From Vezdaea acicularis (Eukaryota): 43,729 nucleotides of DNA. Where the stretch lies: assembly GCA_026025075.1 (NCBI GenBank), contig JAPEUI010000128.1, positions 1 through 43,729 of the forward strand, given 5' to 3'. This document shows, piece after piece, positions 24,537 to 35,169 of this stretch. The notes beneath the pieces were generated by a model. It worked only from the letters and a program-made list of their open reading frames with translations, did not search any database and had not been told where the DNA came from. The position numbers were made by a program, and so were the translations under genes. Within the stretch, counting starts at the first letter, position 1. Each line of letters starts with the position of its first letter.

Positions 24537-24616
24537 GATTGTATAACACTTTCGCAAGCCTCGGGTCCCAATTGAGCTCGAATTAGGACCCGAGGCTTGC
24601 AAAAGATTATGTAATC
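24537..24616. repeat. ~80-bp imperfect palindrome/hairpin
   Basis: GCAAGCCTCGGGTCC (24554-24568) is the exact reverse complement of 24586-24600. Pairing extends outward (GATTGTATAA/TTATGTAATC) and inward around a GAGCTC centre. Confidence 0.9.
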
Positions 24617-25787
24617 CGACCGTTTGATCAGTCGAATAAAATCGAATAAAAAAGCTTGCCCTTCTATGAATGACGGGCGTGACAGATTTTATGTAGTGAG
24701 ACGCTAGTGGTGCAATGAATTGTCAACTGGGCAACTTGGGGCTTTTCATAATTGGTGGTAGTCCATGTAACGAGAGGTCTCTCATTCATTGGAAGGTGAT
24801 ATAGCTAAAGTTCCTTCGGATGCTGAGAGGTCTTTTATATAACGGGAGATTATCGAGAGAATGAAGACCGCTTATAATATGAAAGGTTATTCGGGTAATG
24901 AAAAATCGATCATGCATAACATGACTCGGAAAACGAGGATATCAATAATGAGATAGAACCCATAACGTGGCGCTGGAAGAACGCCAGGCTAGCTAAGGCC
25001 ATGTATGATAGGTGAAGACTATGAGCTATACGCTGTAACTCGTTGTGCTACCAAGACCAAGATAGAGCGGCTCGCAAAGGAAGTTAAGGCATGGCGTACT
25101 GCGAACGAACCTGCCCATAACACCGTGGAGGAAGGTCAATTTATTAGAGACTCTGGGATACGCGAGATCCACCAGGGTATCGAGGCTCTTGTTGAAGTCC
25201 CAAGATACGCTGTAATTACCCCTACTGCGAGAAAGGGGTTGCGTGTTTGGCTGGCGTCATGGCATGTCCAGGTCGTAAGTTGGGGACCGCTTGGGGGGGA
25301 CGTCGGCACTGCCCCTTCACAGGCCTTACAGTATATTAGAATTCGCATCGCTTTAATGTAAAAACACAGCTAGCGCATCCTTTTTGATAAGTGCGTAAAC
25401 GAAAGATAAATGAGTTGGCAAGGCATGCTTCAAGGGATAGAGCCTTGTTAGGTAGGCATCGCGTGCACGGAGGCCATCTCGCGATGGTGTGGGGCATTCG
25501 AGCGTTTCATGATTGGCCGGCGCATAAAAAAAAGCAACCGGAGGGGTATCGCTTGAAGCCACACCCCGCCAACATCACACTACGGTCAAAAGCCAAGACG
25601 AGGGCGGCTGAGTCCCCGACGATAGGTTGATCTGATTCGATAATCAAGGCGCTGCCGACGTACACGTAAATGGCGAGGCTTCTGCGTCTTAAGACGCAGC
25701 TTGGAAGGCTGGTCGAGAGACAATACTTATCACAGTGCGACTTCCAGCTCGACTCGTTGCCCGTGATGCGATCGACGTTTTCGCATC

Positions 25788-27079
25788 ATGTCTCTCCCCG
25801 CGTTCTATTATTTTCTGGATAGGGATGAGAAGGTGACAGGCGGGGTATTGGAGTTCATGTTTGGTCCAACTGCCCAAAGCTATTATGCAACGTCTTACCC
25901 TTACAAGACTCGATATGCCGACAAGCACGATGTCAGGTTGGACGCGCGGTAGGAGACCGGGGCCTTTTCATTTGACCCAAGTCCTTTGCTGATAGTGATT
26001 CATATTAGCCACCTTCTTCCCTCTACGCTCGAGGCCGGTCTGTCCGAGCTCAAAGGATGTTATATAATGAACGTCGCGGTGAACAGGCAAGGGGCATACT
26101 TCATTTACTTTTCTGGAAACGATGCTCGAATATCAAACAGAATCGGCGGATTGAACCTATCTGGACCACCCCAGCACAAATGGCTCCAAGATTATGATAA
26201 CATGAAGCGTGAAAATGATATCAGTTCAATTTCTTTCGGCGAAACAGACGAGATATACTTCATCCGAGCGACTTCCCCAGTAAAACACGAATGGATTTAT
26301 GATTGGAGCCGAGCTGTTTCATGGCTTTGCGACAAGGCAATCAAGAGACGTCAGAATGCCGCTATTCGATCTTGCACCTTCGGTCCTACCGATGGGTGGG
26401 TATTATATGGGAAGGATTGGCATGAATGGGATGGTTTAGCTCTTCCAAAGACACTGAAGGACGCTCTAGAGGAAGGCAAAAACAAGCAGTGGACCATTAA
26501 CGTGAGTTATATCCCCTCAAATTACCCTTGTGATATTAATAATCCGTTCAGAAAGTCGTCCTCAACCCCCGAAACTCCCGTGAATATTTCCTAGCCTACA
26601 ACAACGGCCATGTGTACTATGCCTTCCACAAAGACGTCTTTGACAAGGAATTCCACAAGCAGTTCCTCAAAGTTCTCAACGAATGGATGGACAGAAAAAA
26701 TAAGGCCACGAGCGAAAAGTATAGGCTGGAGCTCCATCCCGAGTCTCTTGACGAGGAAGCTTTCGAGCTGGCTGCCTCCACTACACCCGCCGCGGAGAAC
26801 CCAGGACATGTGAACGGCCAGAATTATGGCACTGCTGGTGGCGCTACTGGATACAACTCTACAAACGCAATTTCCGCTGCAGCACCGCTCCCAAATGGAG
26901 CTCCGCGTGTGGATAATAATGCGGGTGGAGCCGCGCACGTGAATGGAAAACCCGTGGGTAGTGTACCACCACCCGTAAGCTCGTCACAGGCAGAGGGAGG
27001 ACGCCGGGACCGCGCGCATTCCCGCGGATTCTCGCTCGCGAAGCTATTTGGGACGTCTGACAAGAGAAAAGCTACCTGA
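25788..27079 (+). CDS. Hypothetical internal-repeat protein with disordered C-terminus, 393 aa, 3 exons
   Basis: Exons 25788-25948, 26009-26501, 26552-27079 (1182 nt, in frame). Recurring motifs FMFGPTAQSYY, VAVNRQGAYF, ISFGETDEIYF, CTFGPTDGWV, VVLNPRNSREYF. Confidence 0.75.
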
Positions 27080-27483
27080 ACGCTAATAAAGTTTATCGAA
27101 AAGGGTATTTGATGAGATCAGGGGTTTTAACACTCCAGCCACACCACGGCAACATTTCCTTTGTATGTTTCTAAGGGGGAAGCGTGTCTATTAATGTTCC
27201 AGTAACTTCCCCCAAATTTGGAAGCACTTCATTTGGACAAAGGTAGCACAGGCCGGAGTCACTCTTTCCGTTTCATGCCCACGGAGGCGTTTCTCACCCT
27301 TTCGAGTTTTCGAACTTTTTTAATCACATGGCGCAGGGGAGGCGATGCAAATACCATTATCCTTTTTTCTCCATTAAAGCACATATCAGCCATAAGTGAG
27401 CTATCAATTACCGCCGTATCATGCTGCTCTATACAATCAATGCATTTCTGCGCACGCCGTGAAAACCCATGAAATCAATTCCA

Positions 27484-29544
27484 TCAGACAGTCGTCCCGG
27501 GCCCGACCACGGGCGTCGTGGGCACGGAGTAGAAATCGTCGTTCGGCACATCGGAATGGAGTTCCTTCTCGCCCTTTCCACGCTCGCTTCCGTGCTCGTG
27601 TGATGGGAAATTGTCGTTGGTGTGGGGTTCTATCGCTTTGGTAGGGGTGGGAAGGTCGGAGTCTTCGAGCTTTTCGGTCATGGGGTTTGTTTGCACGAAG
27701 CCATTGGAGTGCGTCTTAGTCGCTGTGTCGGTCTGCGTCGAGCCATTTGAGTGGGACGGAGAGTCGAGAGGCGGACGCCGTGGGTTTCTGGGAGGGAGTT
27801 TGGGAGGGACTCTTTTCCCGATTGTGACGATTTTCGGCTTGGAGATCATTTGAGCGGGGCCGCCGCCGAAGTTGACGGCCTGCACCCCTTCCAGGTGCCC
27901 GTTGGGTTCGTTGAGCTCGCCGTAGTTTACTTTGTCGTGCTCGAAGGGCTCTTCGTCGTCGTCGGCTTCGTAGTCGTCGGGGGAGTCATAGTTGCTTTCG
28001 TTTTCGTCTTTGGCCGGTATAGGAGCTGGGCTTGATTTGCTGTGTGAACGCTCAGCATATGCGGGCGGCGGTTGATGGAGTCCTGCGGCATCGCCAGTCT
28101 CAACTTCATTTGCGAAGCCATGCTTCTCGGTTCTAGAAACATCAGTCCTTTCTGCATTTATAGTACCATGCTGCTGATGGCCAGGAATGACGATGTTGAG
28201 CCCAGTCGCCCCTGTTTCACGCTCAGGCTCGTCCCTTATTTGAGGCAATGACTTTCGTGGAGACGGTGGAGGCGACAAGTCGTCAGTCTGTACACCCCGA
28301 TCTTCTGTCTGGGTAGCACGGTCCACGCTCATCCTCCTCCTACTGTCAAAACTGCTACGGCTAATGCTATCCTTACTTCCCATCCTTCGGTGGGTGAATA
28401 TGTTGAATACGGGCGAGGTAGGAGACGGCCTATACTCGAACTGTTCGCTACTTGGCCTTGACCTTGTTCCAGCCTCCCGTATCTCTAGTCCGGCAGACTC
28501 TAACGCACGAACACCGAATGGGTCAGGGTCGTCTGCATCAGGTATGCCGAACAGTGGTCCGGGATCTTCTTCGAGGTCAACGTCGCCCGGAGTCTGCCCT
28601 GATGCGACAAGTCCTTCATCTACATCGGTATCTCCTTGGGCTGCGCGGATTGTCTCCATCAACGTCTTTAGCTCCCGTGGCGGATGCCGTACTTTCCCAG
28701 CTATAATGTTCGCGACGGGAATTCGCTCCCCGTAGAATCGTTCGTTTTCATCTGTCCGCTCGATGACAACGGTCCCATCAACCTGTACACCTGCATAGAA
28801 GCCTCGTGACTTCAGATAGGTGAATAGTGGCGCCTGGCGCTTGTGGATCTCTGTTTCGACGATAGCACCTACCCCTACAGGCCCTGCCACAGCACTGATC
28901 TCGCCACCAAGGGTACAGCGAATCTTTGTGAAGGCTTCTAGGGCTTTCTCATTGTTGATGACAATCACGCAATCATATATGTCAACGCCGATCATGAACC
29001 CTAATCCCGCGGTATGAAGCATGATTCCTGAAGGCGGCGACCACTCTCCATTTGGCATGCGCGCAACCAGTATACCACTACCACCAGCGCCAGAGACCCA
29101 GAGACCAGTGCGCATGGTTGTGAATATGGCTAGACCCTTTGCATTCTTAATGACCTATATATCGATTAATAATTGGTCTTGAGATATTCTCTAGGACGAG
29201 AGTAACACTCACTTGTGACGGGATCTTCTTTATCACCCGTTGCTTGCCCTGTGGTCCATCAGCCGGATTCTCAGCTTCTTGGTAGAACCCATCCTCTATA
29301 TGCAACTGTTAGCCGCCACTCGAACAAGTATGATTGATCCAGACTCACTGCAAAAGCTTTGCAAGATCCGCGCAGCCTTGTCACTCTCTTTATCCAGTGT
29401 TGTCGGCCAAAATGCTTCAGCACCAACTTTGTTCGACCATCGGTTGACCGGTGCCCCGAGTTTATCTAAGCCCTTCCATGCTTTGTCGAACCCTTTCTTG
29501 CTCCCTGTTTTGGTCTTCTCCCATGCTGTCGTCGCTGTCGGCAT
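27484..29544 (-). CDS. Ysc84/LSB3-like SYLF-domain protein without SH3 domain, 649 aa, 3 exons
   Basis: Exons 29544-29349, 29295-29213, 29154-27484 (1950 nt). AEAFWPTTLDKESDKAARIL, GLAIFTTMRTGLWVSGAGGSG, TLGGEISAVAGPVG, YLKSRGFYAGVQVDG, ERTDENERFYG; acidic tail with a PPKLPPR motif. Confidence 0.92.
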
Positions 29545-30012
29545 CTTCGGCGACCAGCTGCAGCTGCGGGCTCGATCTGGTGGGGCTCACCACGCCAAAA
29601 CCCAGGTTTGAATTGGAGTCCAACCAATGAAATGAAGCTTAATAGGTTTTACATAGGAGAGCTTGGAAGTACAGGCAGCTTCAGAGCGCATATTTAAGGG
29701 ATCTGTCTTCTCCCCGATGTTGCTTCGTAAGGCTGGAGTTAGTCGTCAGCTGAATGGGAGGTGAGTTATGACGAGGTGCCGCCGACTCTCCGAGCGAGCC
29801 GCTCTTCGCCAATTGGGAGTTCTTCCGCTATTTTTGGCCGGCCGCAAGGCCGCGCAGGCATCTGTCTACCAAGCATTCTCGCTCCACGACTTGCAATTTA
29901 ATTCTGTCCTGTTTTCATACAAATATAATAATATATGCGATTTGATCTTCTGAGGATATTGATATTAATTGTCAACTTTAATTTTGTCCGATTCCTCCTC
30001 CGCTCAATTCAA

Positions 30013-30018
30013 CCTCGG
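30013..30018 (+). promoter_or_regulatory. FarA/FarB-type fatty-acid response element CCTCGG
   Basis: CCTCGG lies ~150 bp upstream of a peroxisomal beta-oxidation auxiliary gene; this is the known Far binding core in Aspergillus. It is only a 6-mer, so chance is possible. Confidence 0.5.
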
Positions 30019-30168
30019 TACAAGTTCGCGACTACAGTTTATGCGGCCAATTTCGACACTGACACCTCCTCTGCCGACAGTTCGCTCTTGTCGCAATTTA
30101 GTGATCTAAATACATTTCATGAACGGTATGAGATCTCGACTTGAATAACTACCGTTCGGGTTACGATC

Positions 30169-31244
30169 ATGGCATCAACGAAGGCTGACTACCTATCTGA
30201 TGTATGGAAGGAGGGTCTCTTCCGTAAGCTCGTTTCCTGGGCGCTTCCACGCTCACTGGGAATACCTTGACACTGAGCTGACCCTCTTACCACAGTAAAT
30301 AAGGTCGTGTTTGCTACCGGTGGTGCTGGCACAATCTGCTCAATCCAGGTGAAGGGCCTCGTCAGTCTTGGAGCAAACGCATGTATTGTAGGCCGGAATG
30401 TTGAGAAGACTGAGCGCGTCGCCAAAGAGATTGAGAGCATAAGGCCAGGAGCCAAGGTATTAGGCCTTGGAAATGTGGATGTACGAGACGTGAAGAGTCT
30501 CGAAGCTGCCGTCAAGCAATGCGTGGATACACTAGGCGGACTGGACTTTGTTATAGCAGGCGCTGCTGGCAATTTCCTCGCGCCGATAACGCAACTCTCC
30601 GCAAATGCTTTCAAGAGCGTCATCGACATCGACGTCCTTGGTTCATATAACACCGTCAAGGCCACACTTCCACACCTGATAAACTCCGCAGAGGCGTGTA
30701 AGACAGATGGCAAGCCAGCGTCACAGAAAAGCACAGGGGGCCGAATTATCTTCGTTAGCGCAGCTTTGCACTACACAGGAACGCCCCTGCAGGCGCATGT
30801 CACTGCCGCGAAAGCTGCAGTGGATGCACTTAGTAACGCTGTTGCTATCGAGATGGGGCCAAGAGGTGTGACTTCGAACTGCATTGCGCCAGGTGCTATA
30901 CAAGGAACCGAGGGCATGGAGCGATTGATCCAGAAGAGCGCAATAGAAGAAGCACAAAAGCTAGTGCCTATGGGCCGATGGGGCTACCCGCACGAGATAG
31001 CAGATGCTACAGTCTACTTGTTCAGTAATGCCGGAAATCATGTAAACGGCCACACCATAGTCGGTAAGTGGATAGTTTTGAAGCATCCCAGCCTCGACGT
31101 TAAAGTGCTAAGCTTACAATCGCAGTGGACGGGGGTGAATGGCGGACATCATCGCCGCAACGGGGCGAGCTCTCTTACCCCGACTTCCTGCTCAAAGGAG
31201 TGGCCGTGACAGGTGTAAGAGGAGGGAAGGCGTCAAAATTATAG
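30169..31244 (+). CDS. SPS19: Peroxisomal 2,4-dienoyl-CoA reductase (SDR family), 313 aa, 3 exons
   Basis: Exons 30169-30223, 30296-31063, 31126-31244 (942 nt). TGGAGTIC, GAAGNFLAP, IDVLGSYNT, IAPGAIQGTEG; the spliced C-terminus ends in the PTS1 signal ASKL. Confidence 0.95.
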
Positions 31245-32640
31245 AAGTCATAAAGCATAGCTCCGCAAATTAGGATGCTGCAGCTGTGTATCACGTGGTG
31301 CCATCACTGCCCGACGTATGCTACATTCTTGGTGATCAACCGCGGTGTTCAGATGCAAGCCAATCGACTATGATTGGGCGACAATCTCTAATTATGAGAT
31401 GGCTTTGGGGGCCTCCAAATACTGTTTCGTCCATGGTCGACGTATGTTGGCGTACCGAGGTCTTACTTCGCGGAGGCAATCTGGTCACGATTCATCCCGC
31501 TGAGCATGGTTCCACTGCTCAATTGCACTCCTACAACTCTGCTGACGGAAAACTGCCGATCCCTCGATTTCATCCATGCCTCAAGAGCCAGAGATCGATA
31601 TCGACATGATAAAGGCGAATCTGCTGATCGGAAGGTGCGTCATTCCAAGCCGATTGGCTAGACGTGGGGAACCTCGGCTCCAGAGTGCAAGTCCCGACGA
31701 GGATCTGCGGCGGACCGCGATGCGGTCGGAGCTTCGCACCCGCTCGTAGAATGGCTTTTGCGCCGTGGGCCACCATGGAAAGATCACCGAGTTGATCAAA
31801 AGGCCACTTGCTGGCTCGTCCTGTCATGCTGGTTTTAACCTCGACAAGTGCGGCGACTGTGCCTCCTCAAATAGAACGAGACTCTCTTTGTGCTTACAAG
31901 TCATATTCTGGGATCGCTTCCAATCTTCTGTGGCGCCGGCTTGCAATGCCTGCGTTGCCCATCGCGAAAGGGTGCGACAAACCGAGACATGAAGGTCGCG
32001 AAAATATGACCTTCTCATTCAAGGCTGGACCCCCGTCATATCTTTGAACTCGGGTTCAGTATCTTCGGGACAGAGTTGCCTCGCAAAAGAGGACCCACAT
32101 CCCCCCACACTAGCAGTGATCATTAAGGTTGTTCTTTGCCGCCTTCTACAGTATCATCTGGCGTAATCGACGGACTCGGGCGTTGGCCGCTTGGCTTGAA
32201 CGTGTTTGGCTCAGGTAATAGGCCAGTCAGCCAACGCTGTTTTAGCCTTGCGGGTGGCATCAAGCCTTGATGGTGGCCCTGCACCTGCCTCATGTGGTTG
32301 GACAGCCGGCCCGCATCGCGCCTTCTCAGTGGATGCCGCACCGCACCCACATCTCGGTACCCCGGCTTGGCGCCGATCAGCGAGGAAGGCGCATCTTGAT
32401 ACAGCATGCCGTATCGCAGGCGCCAAGTTACATCATGGCCGAACCCATCCCCGTGCCTGCTTGCCGTTCCTGGCTGCTGGGCCGTTTCTCACGGATTGCA
32501 GCTATTTCTCCATCGCAGAGAGGTGGCGGGGAACTCCGGGGAATGCATCTTCTATATGAACGACATTCCCACCAGCCAGACGCAAGAGCTTGCCTTTAGT
32601 CTAGCCTTGTCTTGTTCATGGACAGATGATAACTTCAGCT

Positions 32641-34754
32641 ATGGCGCGTTTTTCTACCTTACTTGCTGGCGCGAGCCTGCTGGGCGCAGTGTTTGCTTTT
32701 CCGCCCACGCCACAGAATATCACAGTAGTGAAGTCGAAATTTGGTAGCAATATCACCATTTCTTTCAAAGAGGTACGCACAAGACATCTGGAAGACGTTG
32801 ATACGTGAGATCTGCCTCACCATGCGTATCCTCCCGTTGGGGGGCCTCCGGTGTGACGGGCTCTTATCTCAAACTAACGTGCCAACGAACATAGGTTATT
32901 GGTGTCTGTGAAACAACCCCAGGAGTAAAATCATACGCTGGCTATGTAAATTTGCCGCCAGACTCTCTCGAAGATGTTGGCGTGTATCAGAATTATTCAA
33001 TCAACACCTTTTTCTATTTCTTCGAGTCGCGAAAGTCTCCGGAAACTGCCCCCCTTTCAATATGGATGAACGGTGGTCCGGGTAGCTCGTCAATGATCGG
33101 TCTATTCCAAGAGAATGGCCCGTGTATCATTAACGATGACTCCGATACCACGACTTTGAATCCCTGGTCGTGGAATAACGAGGTCAATATGCTCTATATT
33201 GACCAACCGGTGCAAGTTGGCTTTTCCTATGATGTACCCACTAATGGCACTCTGGACCCAGTCAGCAGTAATGTCACCATCACAGACTTTCACGGACAGG
33301 ATATCATGGGAAACTACACGTCCAGAGTGGGCACGTTTCCTTCAGAAAACCAATATGCCTCAGCAAATGGCACGTACAATGCGGCGCGCTCACTTTGGGA
33401 GTTCACCCAGGTGTGGTTCGACAGCTTCCCTCAGTACCAGACGAAAGATAATAAAATATCAATCTTTACTGAGAGTTACGGCGGACGATATGGTCCAGCT
33501 TTCACTTCTTTCTTCGAGGAGCAAAATATGAAGATCGAGAATGGAACACTCAAGGAGACTGGCGCATACGATCTCCACCTCGACACCCTAGGAATCATTA
33601 ACGGCTGTATTGACCTCCTTAGCCAGGAGGAATCCTACCCTACGATCGCCTACAATAACACCTATGGTATCCAAGCAATCAACGAGACTGTCTACAAGCA
33701 AGCCCTAAACGACTTCACAAAGCCTGGCGGTTGCCGAGACAAGATTGTAAATTGCCGGACCTTGGCCGCAGCCCAAGATCCCAACGACTTCGGTGCTGTC
33801 GATGCCGTGAATGCCGCGTGCATAGATGCAGATCAATACTGCTCGAATCAAGTCGAGGGCCCGTACATCACCCTGGGTGATCGGGGCTACTACGACTTCG
33901 CCCACCCTAGCTTAGATCCCTTCCCGCCGGAGTATTATCTCGGCTACCTCAGCAAGCAAGATGTCCAAGCAGCACTAGGCGTGCCTATCAACTTCACTGA
34001 ATCCATCAACAGCGTCTACTATGCCTTTAGCAGCACCGGCGATTATCCTCGTGGCGGCTTCCTCGAAGATCTGGCCTACATCCTTGAATCGGGCATCAAA
34101 GTAGCTCTCTTCTACGGCGACCGAGACTATGCCTGCAATTGGATTGGCGGCGAAGCAGCCTCTCTCGCTGTGAACTATAGCGGCACCGCACAGTTCGCCG
34201 CTGCCGGCTACGCCGACATGGTCACCAACTCCACCTACAACGGCGGCTTGACGCGGCAATACGGTAACTTCAGCTTCACGCGCGTCTTCGAGAGCGGCCA
34301 CGAAATCCCCGCCTACCAGCCCGAAACGGCGTACCGGATCTTCACGCGCGCCCTCTTTGGCATGGATATCGCCACCGGCAATACATCCCTGACGGACAAC
34401 TACACCACCACGGGGCCCTCAGATACCTTTGCCATCAAGAACGATGTCCCCCCGTTCCCCCAGCCGACATGCTATGTCCTCAGCCCCGCCACGTGCCCGG
34501 ATGACGTCTATGCTGCCGTCCAGGATGGGAGCGCCCTCGTTAAGAATTATATTGTTGAAGGGAACGGGACGAGCTCTATGGCGCCGAGTGGGACGGCCTC
34601 GTCAAGTGGGGGGACGCCAGTTACGACGAAGCCTGTGACCAGCACGAGCAAGGCGCCTGGCGCGACGAGTACAGGCGCTGCAGAGAGGTTGCAGGGATGT
34701 GGGAGTGTGGGCGGGTTGGTGGTGGCGTTTGTGGGGTTGGTCTTGAGTCTGTAG
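32641..34754 (+). CDS. Secreted, probably GPI-anchored serine carboxypeptidase (S10, carboxypeptidase S1-like), 663 aa, 2 exons
   Basis: Intron 32773-32894; signal peptide; WMNGGPGSSS, IDQPVQVGFSY; catalytic motifs ESYGG, DYAC and GHEIP; S/T-rich linker, GAA omega site and hydrophobic tail. Confidence 0.95.
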
Positions 34755-35169
34755 ACGGGCGCACGGGGATAGGGGAGAAAAAGGGGTAATATACATTCTA
34801 TATCTACAATGAGCTTTTAGAGCTCTTGATAATGTACAGGTACGCAGCACTCTCTATGGAACGAGACATGATTCTTTGAAGCTACAAGTTCGATCCATAG
34901 ATCGATCGCGCAATTCAGGGGATGCCCAGAGCCTAATACGCTGCTAAGCTCATCTTCCATTCTTACTTTCCAATGGAAGGCTCGCTCCAGCTCTGCTCCG
35001 TTTGAATAAAGGAAGATGAGTAGATGACCAGACGACCAGAATATTACGGAGCCCCTTTCCATGGCTCCGAGTTCCTTCAAGCAAGGGACCTTTGAGCTGG
35101 ACGCTGTTGAGTTCCCGAGCGGTTTTCATGCCGAATGCCGCGTTTTTTCCTTTTCCTTTTGGCTTGCCC

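Noticed and set aside
22087..24565. Shared 12-mer GCAAGCCTCGGG at 22087 and 24554, flanking the GH134-like gene
   Set aside because: Dozens of repeated 12-mers are expected by chance in 44 kb; no extension or target-site duplication.
25005..25361. 118-aa ORF and opposite-strand fragments as a gene or pseudogene
   Set aside because: No recognisable motif and no consistent splice model could be built.
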